Shown in pieces: positions 47,571-63,072 of a stretch of 64,000 nt of DNA. The stretch comes from Eledone cirrhosa (Eukaryota). Each line of letters begins with the position of its first letter. Position 1 is the first letter of the stretch. The translations under genes and the position numbers were made by a program. Location: contig OZ024740.1 in assembly GCA_964016885.1 (NCBI GenBank), forward strand, positions 97,092,001 through 97,156,000, in the 5' to 3' direction. The notes under the pieces are model-generated. The model was not told the origin of the DNA. It ran no database searches and saw nothing but the letters and a program-made list of their open reading frames with translations.

Positions 47571-47641
<71 letters not shown>

Positions 47642-47769
47642 AAGTTATATTTAAAATTGTTGGGTTACAACTAGTAAATATTTATAACTGATATAAAAGC
47701 ACTCGACAAATACTTGGAGTATATTTACAATATTAAATAAATGGAAAACTATATTTATAAAACCATATT

Positions 47770-47835
47770 TATTTCATTATATATATTTCGGGGATATCAT
47801 ATTAACAATATGCTATGCCTTCATCAGACAAAATA
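47770..47835 (-). ncRNA. Type I hammerhead (family C)
   Basis: Reverse complement of 50674-50739. Confidence 0.8.
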
Positions 47836-48198
47836 CAATATAAACAGTTTCATAGATAAATATATTCGACATACCGTAATAAACATCAACTTCATTTGAA
47901 GAGGTTCACTCTAGCAGTGAAAATACAGAGAGAAAGAAAGAGAGAGAGAAAAGAGGGAAATAAGAAAGAAAGAAAGACAAAACGAAGAAAAGGAAGAAAA
48001 AGAAGAAAAAGAAGAAATGCATGGGACAAAATAGAGATGGAAAAATAGATAAAGCGAAGAGCTTCATGTAAAGAGACCGAAAGAGATATATATATATAGA
48101 GAGAGAGAGAGGAAATAGAGATAGATACATATATAAATATAGATATAGAAAAATTAGGTAGTGGGAGGTCATTTTGAGTAAGTGTATCAATGATGCAT

Positions 48199-48233
<35 letters not shown>

Positions 48234-49298
48234 GCTCAAGTATTAATGTAAGGGAGATATATAGAGAGATATAGAGAGATATAGAGAGAGAAAAAATTTA
48301 AAAATAGCCAGACATATTCGAGGCGTAGAAAACCCTATGTTTTAATGTATTAGTATTTATAAAACTTACACTATATTGTAAATATCAGTATTCCTGAATG
48401 AAACAAGTATTCACAATGCGTGAAAATTCATTATCTTATGTTTAGTTTTTTTAAAAAAATTCATATGTCTATGTGAATCCAACTCATTCACTCCGCAAAT
48501 TCAAAGTTACCGGAAAACATTCTCAATGTGGTATAAAAATTTGAGCGTATTATTATTCTCTACAAGATTATCTATCAAGCAGAAATAGAGAGCAGATTTC
48601 AATATACTAATCGAAAATATATATTATATTATAAACAGAGATAACAATAATAATGATAATAAGTAAAAATATATAAAAATATAAAAATATAGAATAGAAA
48701 ACTAAAAAAGAATATTACGAAAGAATATTACATAATAAAAATATTGCATATTAAAAATACTACGTATTAAAAATATTACGTATTAAAACTTTACATATAA
48801 AAATATTAAAAATAAACTTACATATAAAAATATTAAAAATAAAAATAAAATAAAATAAAAAATAAAAATATAAAAATATTATAGAATACTACAATACTAA
48901 AAGAATAAAAATAGAAGTAAACCACAAAGAACAACCCTTCAAGGTTAATTGACAATATATTGCCAAGTTCACTACAAGACAAAGCCAAAAATTATCTATC
49001 AAATCACATCTAGCAAGGAATATCGCAAAAAAGATTATGATGTCCAATAATGTCTACATATGTTCCTATATTTAATATATAAGTTTATCAAGTGTAAGGT
49101 TAATTCAGAAAATTTGGAGCATCGGCTTTTAGGGTAGCTTAATTTTTCATGAGGAATGTTTAGATAAAAATAAAAATAAAAATAAAAATAAATAAAATAA
49201 AATAAACAATAAAAAGAGTAAAAAGAGGGAATCAAAGATTTAGGAATCAAAAGATTTATCGGCTAGTTCTCATATAAATATAAATCAAACTAAATATA

Positions 49299-50555
49299 CT
49301 ACATTTTAAATTTAAATTTATATTTAAACGTTGAGTTTAATCTATGTTTGCAACAACTGAATAAATTTGTCCGTAGGTTAAGGGAATTTTTAGATTTTAG
49401 TATAAAGAATATCTCCTCTGCGCAGAGGTCACATGTCTCAGAGGATGAATTAAAAGGAATCCCTCTTGAGACTATATTCCAAGCCGTCGAATATCTAACG
49501 TTATCTAGCTTAAGTTGCCAGAGTACACCTGATAGTGCCGTTGAAGATTTTTTATTTGGATCTGTGAAAGAATTCTTGTGGTTATTATAGCGAAGTTTAA
49601 ATTCCGTCGATGTGGAACCGACGTAGTTAAAAGAATTAGAGTCAGTATTAACATTACAATTGTATACTATATTTTTAACTAAGCAGTTGTTATTTAACGG
49701 ACATTTAGATCTATCTCTACAGTTACATTTGTTAACTTGTATATTATTTATGCTATTATCAGTAGGTTTTAAGTTCCTATTATTTATTCTATTAATATTT
49801 TGTGCTAAATTTTTGGTGGATGAGTAGGTTAATTTAATTGTATGCCTATTGAAGATTGAGTGGTACCTATGTGTTCTAGGGAAGCGATTATCAAGAGCTT
49901 TGAAAAATAATTTAGCGATGTGGGTTTTAATGTTTAGTGAGAAAGGGGGGGCAAACCAAATTATGTTCCTAGTTCTATTTCTTTTTTGTCCTTTGGAATT
50001 ATTGTAATGCTTTCTATTATAGTTGTTAATGTTGTTGCCATAATTAAAAAAGTTGTTACTTTGTTTAGTTTGTTTATCATTATCTATGTACACAATCTTA
50101 TCAGCATACCCTGCCCTAGCTAGTGCATCATTATAGTATTGGGCCTTTTCGTCAAAAATCTTTCTATTCGACGAGATCCTAGAGACACGTTTTTGGACAG
50201 AGTTTACTATAGTGTTTTTGACAGATCTGGGGTGGTTAGAGTTAAAGTTGACATAGTTTAAGTTTTCATTCAACTTGTGAAAAGGATAGTGGAGACATGT
50301 GTTGAGATTTAATGTTATATCTAGGAAATTGACTATTCTATGGTTGTTCTCAATTTCTATTTTAAGGTTAAAGTAATTAAAAAATTTTGTAATTTGTTTA
50401 CATTTTCTATTTAGTTCAGGGTTATTATTATTAATAAGTAAAAGCATTTCATCCCTATATAAACCTCCGGTAGTACCAGGTATTTTCCTATGTAGCGAAT
50501 TGATTAAAAATAAGCCCACAAGGTCAGTTACTTGAGCTGAGTCGGAAGATCCCAT
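49299..50555 (-). CDS. Naiad-like PLE RT (motif 4 onward) and GIY-YIG, 418 aa open; catalytic YRDD reads YRDE
   Basis: MGSSDSAQVTDLVG, GLYRDE, VNFLDITL, SNHP, IIWFAPPF, CNC..CPL..C, VYNC..YVGST..FKLRYNNH, CDLC and CKH. Confidence 0.9.
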   Translation of the reverse strand: MGSSDSAQVTDLVGLFLINSLHRKIPGTTGGLYRDEMLLLINNNNPELNRKCKQITKFFNYFNLKIEIENNHRIVNFLDITLNLNTCLHYPFHKLNENLNYVNFNSNHPRSVKNTIVNSVQKRVSRISSNRKIFDEKAQYYNDALARAGYADKIVYIDNDKQTKQSNNFFNYGNNINNYNRKHYNNSKGQKRNRTRNIIWFAPPFSLNIKTHIAKLFFKALDNRFPRTHRYHSIFNRHTIKLTYSSTKNLAQNINRINNRNLKPTDNSINNIQVNKCNCRDRSKCPLNNNCLVKNIVYNCNVNTDSNSFNYVGSTSTEFKLRYNNHKNSFTDPNKKSSTALSGVLWQLKLDNVRYSTAWNIVSRGIPFNSSSETCDLCAEEIFFILKSKNSLNLRTNLFSCCKHRLNSTFKYKFKFKM

Positions 50556-50673
50556 AGTTTCTCTCTCTCTTTCTTTCTCTCTGTATTTTCACTGCTAGAG
50601 TGAACCTCTTCAAATGAAGTTGATGTTTATTACGGTATGTCGAATATATTTATCTATAAAACTGTTTATATTG

Positions 50674-50739
50674 TATTTTGTCTGATGAAGGCATAGCATA
50701 TTGTTAATATGATATCCCCGAAATATATATAATGAAATA
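50674..50739 (+). ncRNA. Type I hammerhead (family C)
   Basis: tattttgt CTGATGA aggcatagcatatt gtt aatatgatatcccc GAAA tatata TA atgaaata. AATAAA overlaps the 3' end. Confidence 0.8.
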
Positions 50740-50777
50740 AATATGGTTTTATAAATATAGTTTTCCATTTATTTAAT

Positions 50778-50851
<74 letters not shown>

Positions 50852-50903
50852 ATATATTTATATTATATATATATATATAAATATTATATATGTATTATAT
50901 ATA

Positions 50904-50958
<55 letters not shown>

Positions 50959-50976
50959 ATATATATATTATATATA

Positions 50977-51495
50977 TTTATTAAAATAACAGATTAAAGT
51001 TTAAGCAAATCTGTATTGTATTTATTTACTTTGTTCTTAACTTTGTAGCGGAGATTCATTTGGTCGCCTAGTTAGAAATTTAGTCTACGACTTCTGCTAT
51101 ACCATTTACGTGGTTTTGTCTTTGCGTGCTTTTGTTCTCAACGCTCCACATATGATTTATTATCTTCGTTTTTTCGTTCATTGCCAGAGAACGTCTCTAT
51201 GCACCACCTAAGAGAACATTAGTCTGCGACCTCTTTTATACCATAAACGTGGTTTTGTCTTTGCGCGTAATTGTTTTTCACCGCTCCTATTAATGACGTA
51301 TTATTCGTTTTTTCCCATCTTTGCCAGCGAACGTTACCACGAACCAAAGTATCGTCTTCCTGTCTTCCTCCGGTTGCAATGTTTTTTGAAATATCTAGTT
51401 CTGCGTTTACAGATCGACTTTATTATTTCAGAAGATCCCGTTAAGGGTGAAAGCAGCGATTCTTTGCTTAAACTTTAATCTGTTATTTCAATAAA
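50977..51495 (+). mobile_element. Non-coding element with 33-bp inverted termini and an internal ~140-bp tandem duplication; end fragments also at 34271-34330 and 34446-34463
   Basis: Arms 50977-51009 and 51463-51495; ttagtct.cgac..tatacca...acgtggttttgtc occurs at ~51080 and ~51218. Confidence 0.7.
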
Positions 51496-51499
51496 TATA

Positions 51500-51548
<49 letters not shown>

Positions 51549-51552
51549 ATAT

Positions 51553-51584
<32 letters not shown>

Positions 51585-51618
51585 ATATTATATATATATA
51601 TATTATATATATATATAT

Positions 51619-51652
<34 letters not shown>

Positions 51653-51782
51653 ATATTATATATATATATTATATATATATATTATATATATAAATTATAT
51701 ATATATATTATATATATATATATTATATATATATATATTATATATATATATTATATATATATATTATATATATATATTATAT

Positions 51783-52965
51783 CTCACCCTGCCTCGTTAA
51801 TGTTCTATCGACACCGAAGTTCTAAGTTCTAGGCAATAGAATTGAATCCAAACACCAACAACATAGTTGGATGACCGATAATCACACCAAACCGGAGTAC
51901 TGTGATCCTTGTGATTTCGAGATATACAACCACTGTCACTGTTACGAAGACCAGAAAACCATACTCCATAATATTGAACCAAGTGATCGATTTGTGCGAC
52001 CAAAATAACACCACACACATATTGAACTAGGAATATTGGATCCTCCGTCAATGTCTGGGTGAGCAAAAATAGATTTCTATCTGCATTGGAATTTAAGAAC
52101 TTGTGCATCTGCTGTGGTGTCAAAAACAAACGCACATGACCGCACAGATAAACAATGGACTATGCCACGTGGCTTGAACCTGTAAGTGAATTGAAGGTTC
52201 TGTAACTCTGATATACAGATTATTTATTATTAAGATATATAAACTTGACATAACTATTATCACCTTATATTCTCTCAACTAATCACATTTGATAATATTT
52301 CTCTATCCCGTTTTCTCCCTCTATAATTATAATATTTTTATTTTTATTTGAAAAAATCGGTTTTTTTACATTGTATTTTCGCCTCCAAATACTCGCATAT
52401 ATTTCTTTATATATTCTCTATATATTTTTTTACATATATATTTTTTTATCTTTATTCTTATTTTCGCTTTTATCCTCCTTTATATTTTACCTTATTCTTA
52501 CTTTTATACCTTATTATAGTGTAATCTTCCCCATGCCTTATTATACATTATTAATTATAGATTATTATTATTACTCTTTTTCCATTTCTAATTACCTCAT
52601 GTACTTTCTCCTCCGTTATCTATATATATATGGTATGCCCTTTGTGTTTGTGTAGCCTCTGCACCATACTATCGACGCCACCCCATCTATGGTTCAGCTA
52701 ACCACTCGACTCCCGGGAATGAATATGACCGCACCTAGTAAACAAGGACCCACACCCTACCCCCCGCACCAAAATTAGACTTATAGTCCCCTACCTTTGA
52801 TCTTTACTCTCTTTCCTCTTTGTTCTTGAATGTTTGGTTGGTAGAGTCCATAACACCAATCAATCCACTTTTATAGCTCTGACGAATCCTACGTTTACGT
52901 AAGGAAGAAACATTGTAAGACAATAAAAATCTTTTGATGTTGTAGATGCTCTTGTGTTCTTTATC

Positions 52966-52970
<5 letters not shown>
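51783..52970 (+). mobile_element. Decayed PLE 3' fragment with terminal HHR
   Basis: Weak GIY-YIG traces (NIGSSVN; TMPRGLNL* at ~52160-52185), HHR at 52877 and AATAAA at 52922. Confidence 0.6.
52877..52919 (+). ncRNA. Minimal type I hammerhead motif (type I)
   Basis: ct CTGACGA a tcctacg ttta cgtaagga a GAAA cattg TA ag. Confidence 0.7.
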
Positions 52971-54405
<1,435 letters not shown>

Positions 54406-55477
54406 GATAAATCTACCAAGAGTTTACGGTAGTGTCCAATCCGTATGAAGAACTCAATGTAATCCGGATATCATGGAAAGAAGAGATGCAATGAAAAATC
54501 ACTTTCGGTGAAAGATAAACGGAAAACAGAGTCAAGATAAAATATTAAAAAAATAATGAATAAAACAATGAAACAGTTCCTTATATTAAACAAAAAAAGT
54601 TCATTATTTAACGATCGTTTCTAGGATATATATGTGTTAGAATTGGCATGCATATTCAACAGATCTATGTACAAAATTATACAAAATTATACAAACTATC
54701 AAAATTAAATATACATACCAAACACATATATATGCCGTCTTCAAAAATAATGAAATATATTTATTGATAATAACAACAATTCAAAATTACAGGTCTGTTT
54801 GGGAACAGAGTTCAAATTGACCAATGAAAATACAAAAAGTTTATACAGTTAGGTGTGTGTATATATGCATATAAGTAACTTCGTTCACAGATATGCATAA
54901 AGATATATGTTCACATGCATACGCTTGCCAAAAAGATGTATGTAAATACAAAAATTCAAGGCTAATGTCTCTGTATGTTTATAATCTACAGATAAAATAC
55001 GTACACACATATATATAAATATAAAATAAATATATACACACATTCATATACTCACACATATACGTACATTCACACACACACGCGCGTATACGCATACACA
55101 TACACACAACCACGAACATACATACACACATACACCCCCACACACATATATATGTGTGTATATACTATTATCATAAGCATATGGATATTAATGCGCGCAC
55201 ATAAACACTGCCACACACATTTAGATCCAGATACAGAAAGTAGGTGGGGGGGAGAGGTCAGTATTCACCGGTGTCAGCAGACTGCCTATTTATAAATGTA
55301 TCTATAAACTTAGAAATAAAAAGAAAAGAAAAAGAAAAAAGAAATATATCAAGAAAATATATATATATAATATATACATACACACACATATATATATATA
55401 TACACATATATATATATACATACACACATATATAAACAAGTAAAATATTAAATATACATCGATATACATACATATAC

Positions 55478-55508
<31 letters not shown>

Positions 55509-55733
55509 TACATACATATACATTCATATACATACACATATACACAAACACATACATACACATACATATACATACACACAGCATATAAATACACATATAC
55601 ATACACACACGCATACATATAGAGACACATACATATACACATATAAATACATAGACATATACACATATACACCCATATATATATATATATACATATACGC
55701 ATACATATATATACACATACATTCACAACACAC

Positions 55734-55778
<45 letters not shown>

Positions 55779-55837
55779 AATCTACACACATATATAAACA
55801 CACTCATGTATATACACACATACACATACATACCCAC

Positions 55838-55881
<44 letters not shown>

Positions 55882-55883
55882 AC

Positions 55884-55940
<57 letters not shown>

Positions 55941-56022
55941 TATATATATATATAGACACATACATACACACACATACGCATACGTATATATAAAGATATA
56001 TATACATGCACACACACACATA

Positions 56023-56069
<47 letters not shown>

Positions 56070-56389
56070 CACACATACATATATATACACACATACATAC
56101 ACACACATACATACTCATACATAGACATACATATATACTCACACACACATACACACATACATATACGCATATATACACATACATACACATCCATGTAAGC
56201 GTATATACATACAAACACCACCACACGCTCACACAACTCAGACATACATAAATAAAGGGATATACATACACATATATACATATATAAATAGAGATACATA
56301 TATATATATATAAATATATACACGCGTACACACACAAAAACACACATACATACACATACATACACACATACATATATATACACACACAT

Positions 56390-56450
<61 letters not shown>

Positions 56451-56455
56451 CATAT

Positions 56456-56497
<42 letters not shown>

Positions 56498-56701
56498 ATA
56501 AAGAAATAAGATAAATAAATAAATAAATAAATTAATACACACAGTCAGACAAATATGCACACACATACATATACATATATATATATATATATACATACAC
56601 ACATACATATACATATATATATATATATATATATACATATACATACACATATATATATACATACACACTCATACACACATCAACTACAAATATATATATA
56701 T

Positions 56702-56794
<93 letters not shown>

Positions 56795-56968
56795 TCACAT
56801 ATACATGCGCACATACGTACACATATACACATACACACATATACACATAGACATATACATGTGCATACATATACATACACACATATACCCACATAAATAC
56901 ATAGATACATATATACATATATATACGCACACATATACATATATATATATATACACACATATATACAT

Positions 56969-57013
<45 letters not shown>

Positions 57014-57683
57014 ATCATACACCCTTATTTACATGCGCACATATGTATTTTTATACTGACATACAAACACCCAAACATACATACCTACCTACATATACAT
57101 ACATACATCCACGCTTACAAATACAAATAATAATAGTAGGGGGAGGGAAGGAGTGGGGGGGAGGGGATTATAGTAAATATAGGTTTCAAGAAACATAGAA
57201 TATTAATCTGCATTTAGATCATAATATGTGTTTACATAGTTTCAGTATTAGGAAATGTAAGTAAGAAGGCAAAATTATGCATTTCAATATAATTATACCA
57301 TTAACCATAGGTTAAATAAATTAAGGATAGTTAATATATTGATTTCTAAGGTGTATATTACTTAGGTTTATAATATTTGAAGCGGAATTTTGAAGTTAAA
57401 TAGTAGTAGAGTATTAATAATAGTATAACTAAATTAAAATTATTAACGTTATGGTATCAATATTAGGAAATGAATTTAGTAATAGGGAAAAAACAAATAA
57501 AGTATTACATCGGTAGTAGAATATAAATTATAGGTTAACTAAATTAAAAATTATATATTAATTTCTATAGTATATGTTAATTAGGTTTATAATAATTAAA
57601 ACAGATATTGTATTTTATCTATAGTAGAATATAATTATAGGTAAACAGAAAATTAAAATTAATACATACACATATACATATAC

Positions 57684-57731
<48 letters not shown>

Positions 57732-58363
57732 ACATACATATACATATTTTTTCAAAAATTGCAAAGAATATATTAACTAGGTATAGATCCAAAACCTACC
57801 TCAGTCTATGATTACATGACACTCTGCAATCCATCTGTATTAGGATATTAATTTTAAGCCAATTAAATTAAATTTTTAGGTTTACCAAATTTAAAACCAA
57901 ATTATAAATATATTTCTAAAATGTACATTAATTAGGTCTATAATACTAAAAATTATTTCTGTCATTGAATACACGATATTTTGTTATATTTTATCTGTAA
58001 AGGAATTTTAATAAAAGGTTAAATAAATTAAAATTAATCTATAAATTAATTTACGAAGTATATATTAGTGATATTTAAAAGTTTTTCACAATTTATGATT
58101 ACACAATATTTTATAATCTCATCTGTAGTAGAATTTTAATTAAATTAAATTTATAGGTTAACTAACATTTAAATTAAATTATATATTAAATTCTAAAATA
58201 ATGTTATTAATTAGGTTTATAATATTTAAATGTTTTTCTTAGTTTATGATTGCACGATATAATTAATTCCTGTCGTTTATTTAATAGGATATCCTTAGAT
58301 TTCATTATTTCAAATAGTTCTTGGGAACATAATCTACATTCATTTCTATTATTTTGATAAGGG

Positions 58364-59014
58364 GTGGATAAAAATTTTTTTTATATCCTAGAGAAAAACT
58401 TCCCGCCAAACCACAAATACCATCAAATCTTAAATAGGTCTACAGTTAAATTCTCATACTCAACAACAAATAACATAAAACAAAATATAAGTGCCTATAA
58501 TGCATATAAATGTAAGAATACCATAAGTATACCACCAATACATCAAACTAACCATAATATCTCCTCAAATACAGAATTAACGAAAGCTTGTAACTGGAGA
58601 AACAAAGCAAACTACCCATTAAAAGGAAATTGTCTTGTTAACAACATAGTTTATAAATGTAATGTTAAAACTAAAGATTCTATTTGCTCATATATAGGAG
58701 CTACTTCTAACAATTTTAAGGCAAGGTTTAATACCCACAAACATAGTTTTAAAAATGCCGCACTGGCTAATACAACATCTCTAGCAGAAAGAATCAATAG
58801 TTATAAAAATAAGAATATAGAATATGATTTGACCTGGAGTGTGCTCAAAAGAGCCACCCCTTATCAAAATAATAGAAATGAATGTAGATTATGTTCCCAA
58901 GAACTATTTGAAATAATGAAATCTAAGGATATCCTATTAAATAAACGACAGGAATTAATTATATCGTGTAATCATAAACTAAGAAAAACATTTAAATATT
59001 ATAAACCTAATTAA
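58364..59014 (+). CDS. Naiad-like PLE linker and GIY-YIG endonuclease fragment (no RT; the start codon is created by the inversion junction)
   Basis: FPPNHKYHQILNRSTVKFSYS, CNW..YPLKGNC, VYKC..YIGAT..FKARFNTH, CRLC and CNH. Confidence 0.88.
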   Translation: MDKNFFYILEKNFPPNHKYHQILNRSTVKFSYSTTNNIKQNISAYNAYKCKNTISIPPIHQTNHNISSNTELTKACNWRNKANYPLKGNCLVNNIVYKCNVKTKDSICSYIGATSNNFKARFNTHKHSFKNAALANTTSLAERINSYKNKNIEYDLTWSVLKRATPYQNNRNECRLCSQELFEIMKSKDILLNKRQELIISCNHKLRKTFKYYKPN

Positions 59015-60182
59015 TAACATTATTTTAGAATTTAATATATAATTTAATTTAAATGTTAGTTAACCTATAAATGTAATTTAATTAAAATTCTACTACAGAT
59101 GAGATTATAAAATATTGTGTAATCATAAATTGTGAAAAACTTTTAAATATCACTAATATATACTTCGTAAATTAATTTATAGATTAATTTTAATTTATTT
59201 AACCTTTTATTAAAATTCCTTTACAGATAAAATATAACAAAATATCGTGTATTCAATGACAGAGAAATAATTTTTAGTATTATAGACCTAATTAATGTAC
59301 ATTTTAGAAATATATTTATAATTTGGTTTTAAATTTGGTCAACCTAAAAATTTAATTTAATTGGCTTAAAATTAATATCCTAATACAGATGGATTGCAGA
59401 GTGTCATGTAATCATAGACTGAGATAGGTTTTGGATCTATACCTAGTTAATATATTCTTTGCAATTTTTGAAAAAATATGTATATGTATGTATATATATG
59501 TATATATATATATGTATATATATATATATGTATATGTATATGTGTATGTATTAATTTTAATTTTCTGTTTACCTATAATTATATTCTACTATAGATAAAA
59601 TACAATATCTGTTTTAATTATTATAAACCTAATTAACATATACTATAGAAATTAATATATAATTTTTAATTTAGTTAACCTATAATTTATATTCTACTAC
59701 CGATATAATACTTTATTTGTTTTTTCCCTATTACTAAATTCATTTCCTAATATTGATACCATAACGTTAATAATTTTAATTTAGTTATACTATTATTAAT
59801 ACTCTACTACTATTTAACTTCAAAATTCCGCTTCAAATATTATAAACCTAAGTAGTATACACCTTAGAAATCAATATATTAACTATCCTTAATTTAGTTA
59901 ACCTATGGTTAATGGTATAATTATATTGAAATGCATAATTTTGCCTTCTTTCTTACATTTCCTAATACTGAAACTATGTAAACACATATTATGATCTAAA
60001 TGCAGATTAATATTCTATGTTTCTTGAAACCTATATTTACTATAATCCCCCCCCCCCTACTATTATTATTTGTATTTGTAAGCGTGGATGTATGTATGTA
60101 TATGTAGGTAGGTATGTATGTTTGGGTGTTTGTATGTGAGTATAAAAATACATATGTGCGCATGTAAATAAGGGTGTATGAT

Positions 60183-60227
<45 letters not shown>

Positions 60228-60401
60228 ATGTATATATGTGTGTATATATATATATATGTATATGTGTGCGTATATATATGTATATATGTATCTATGTATT
60301 TATGTGGGTATATGTGTGTATGTATATGTATGCACATGTATATGTCTATGTGTATATGTGTGTATGTGTATATGTGTACGTATGTGCGCATGTATATGCG
60401 A

Positions 60402-60476
<75 letters not shown>

Positions 60477-60658
60477 AGTTGATGTGTGTATGAGTGTGTA
60501 TGTATATATATATGTGTATGTATATGTATATATATATATATATATGTATATGTATGTGTGTATGTATATATATATATGTATATGTATGTGTGTGCATATT
60601 TGTCTGACTGTGTGTATTAATTTATTTATTTATTTATTTATCTTATTTCTTTATTTTT

Positions 60659-60691
<33 letters not shown>

Positions 60692-60706
60692 ATATGTATA
60701 TATATA

Positions 60707-60757
<51 letters not shown>

Positions 60758-61076
60758 ATGTGTGTGTATATATATGTATGTGTGTATGTATGTGTATGTA
60801 TGTGTGTTTTGTGTGTGTACGTGTGTATATATTTATATATATATATATGTATCTCTATTTATATATGTATATATGTGTATGTATATCCCTTTATTTATGT
60901 ATGTCTGAGTTGTGTGAGCGTGTGGTGGTGTTTGTATGTATATACGCTTACATGGATGTGTATGTATGTGTATATATGCGTATATGTATGTGTGTATGTG
61001 TGTGTGAGTATATATGTATGTCTATGTATGAGTATGTATGTGTGTGTATGTATGTGTGTATATATATGTATGTGTG

Positions 61077-61123
<47 letters not shown>

Positions 61124-61205
61124 TATGTGTGTGTGTGTGTGTATATATATCTTTATATATACGTATGCGTATGTGTGTGTATGTATGTGTCTATATATAT
61201 ATATA

Positions 61206-61246
<41 letters not shown>

Positions 61247-61248
61247 GT

Positions 61249-61305
<57 letters not shown>

Positions 61306-61397
61306 TATATGTGTATATGTATGTGTATGTGTGTATATACATGAGTGTGTTTATATATGTGTGTAGATATGTGTGTATATATATATATATATATAAT

Positions 61398-61847
61398 CGT
61401 TAGAATATGTGTAATAAGGCCAAGACAATGCAGATATGGACATAGAAAAAAGAATGCAATAGTGAGAGATATTGATGAGAATTCGTCTTTCACCTTGAAT
61501 TTATTTAAATGTCCTTAATTTTCGAGATAATATCTCTTCTTCGGAGGGAAGTAAAAGTCTCAGACCAGCGTCTTAAATTTCCAATGAAGCCATGCTGACC
61601 GGGAGCATGGCTTCATTGGAAATTTAAGACGCTGGTCTGAGACTTTTACTTCCCTCCGAAGAAGAGATATTATCTCGAAAATTAAGGACATTTAAATAAA
61701 TTCAAGGTGAAAGACGAATTCTCATCAATATCTCTCACTATTGCATTCTTTTTTCTATGTCCATATCTGCATTGTCTTGGCCTTATTACACATATTCTAA
61801 CGTTTATACCTCATTACACAATGCTTCAAGTGAACTATAACCTCCTC

Positions 61848-61850
<3 letters not shown>
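61398..61850. mobile_element. Young fold-back element: 199-bp arms, 7-nt loop, ~48-nt tail and one HHR-like motif per arm; nested in the right arm of the 8.7-kb element
   Basis: Arms 61398-61596 and 61604-61802 with no mismatch noticed. Absent from the left arm at ~55740. Confidence 0.9.
61653..61687 (+). ncRNA. Minimal hammerhead variant with CCGAAGA core (type J); mirror copy at 61513-61547 (minus)
   Basis: cct CCGAAGA a gagat att atctc GAAA at TA agg, followed by AATAAA. Confidence 0.65.
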
Positions 61851-61887
<37 letters not shown>

Positions 61888-62106
61888 GTGTGTTGTGAAT
61901 GTATGTGTATATATATGTATGAGTATATGTGTATATATCTATGTGTGTATATGTGTATATCTCTATGTATTTATATTTGTATATGTATGTGTCTCTATAT
62001 GTATGCGTGTGTGTATGTATATGTGTATTTATATGGTGTGTGTATGTATATGTATGTGTATGTATGTGTTTGTGTATATGTGTATGTATATGTATGTATA
62101 TGTATG

Positions 62107-62149
<43 letters not shown>

Positions 62150-62863
62150 GTATGTATATCGATGTATATTTTATAATTTACTTGTTTATATATGTGTGTA
62201 TGTATATATATATGTGTATATATATATATATATGTGTGTGTATGTATATATTATATATATATATTTTCTTGATATATTTCTTTTTTCTTTTTCTTTTCTT
62301 TTTATTTCTAAGTTTATAGATACATTTATAAATAGGCAGTCTGCTGACACCGGTGAATACTGACCTCTCCCCCCCACCTACTTTCTGTATCTGGATCTAA
62401 ATGTGTGTGGCAGTGTTTATGTGCGCGCATTAATATCCATATGCTTATGATAATAGTATATACACACATATATATGTGTGTGGGGGTGTATGTGTGTATG
62501 TATGTTCGTGGTTGTGTGTATGTGTATGCGTATACGCGCGTGTGTGTGTGAATGTACGTATATGTGTGAGTATATGAATGTGTGTATATATTTATTTTAT
62601 ATTTATATATATGTGTGTACGTATTTTATCTGTAGATTATAAACATACAGAGACATTAGCCTTGAATTTTTGTATTTACATACATTTTGGCAAGCGTATG
62701 CATGTGAACATATATCTTTATGCATATCTGTGAACGAAGTTACCTATATGCATATATATACACACCTAACTGTATAAACTTTTTGTATTTTCATTGGTCA
62801 ATTTGAACTCTGTTCCCAAACAGACCTGTAATTTTGAATTGTTGTTATTATCAATAAATATAT

Positions 62864-63018
62864 TTCATTATTTCTGAAGACGGCATATATATGTGTTTGG
62901 TATGTATATTTAATTTTGATAGTTTGTATAATTTTGTATAATTTTGTACATAGATCTGTTGAATATGCATGCCAATTCTAACACATATATGTCCTAGAAA
63001 CGATCGTTAAATAATGAA
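62864..63018 (+). ncRNA. Type I hammerhead with long stem II (family A)
   Basis: ttcattattt CTGAAGA ... GAAA cgatcg TT aaataatgaa. Confidence 0.8.
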
Positions 63019-63072
63019 CTTTTTTTGTTTAATATAAGGAACTGTTTCATTGTTTTATTCATTATTTTTTTA

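Larger units (their letters stand above)
44345..47638. repeat. Interrupted (TA)n array with recurrent TT/AA phase shifts, hosting several inserts
   Basis: Seen directly. A similar array is at 50783-51782. Confidence 0.9.
47639..50782 (-). mobile_element. 5'-truncated Naiad-like PLE with 225-bp inverted terminal arms and an 88-nt tail
   Basis: Arms 47727-47951 and 50558-50782 (sum 98509), tail 47639-47726, with (TA)n on both sides. Confidence 0.92.

Noticed and set aside
51429-51462. HHR-like CAGAAGA t ccc gttaa ggg t GAAA
   Set aside because: Core deviates, and neither stem III/NUH nor stem I can be formed. The 34300 relative lacks the core.
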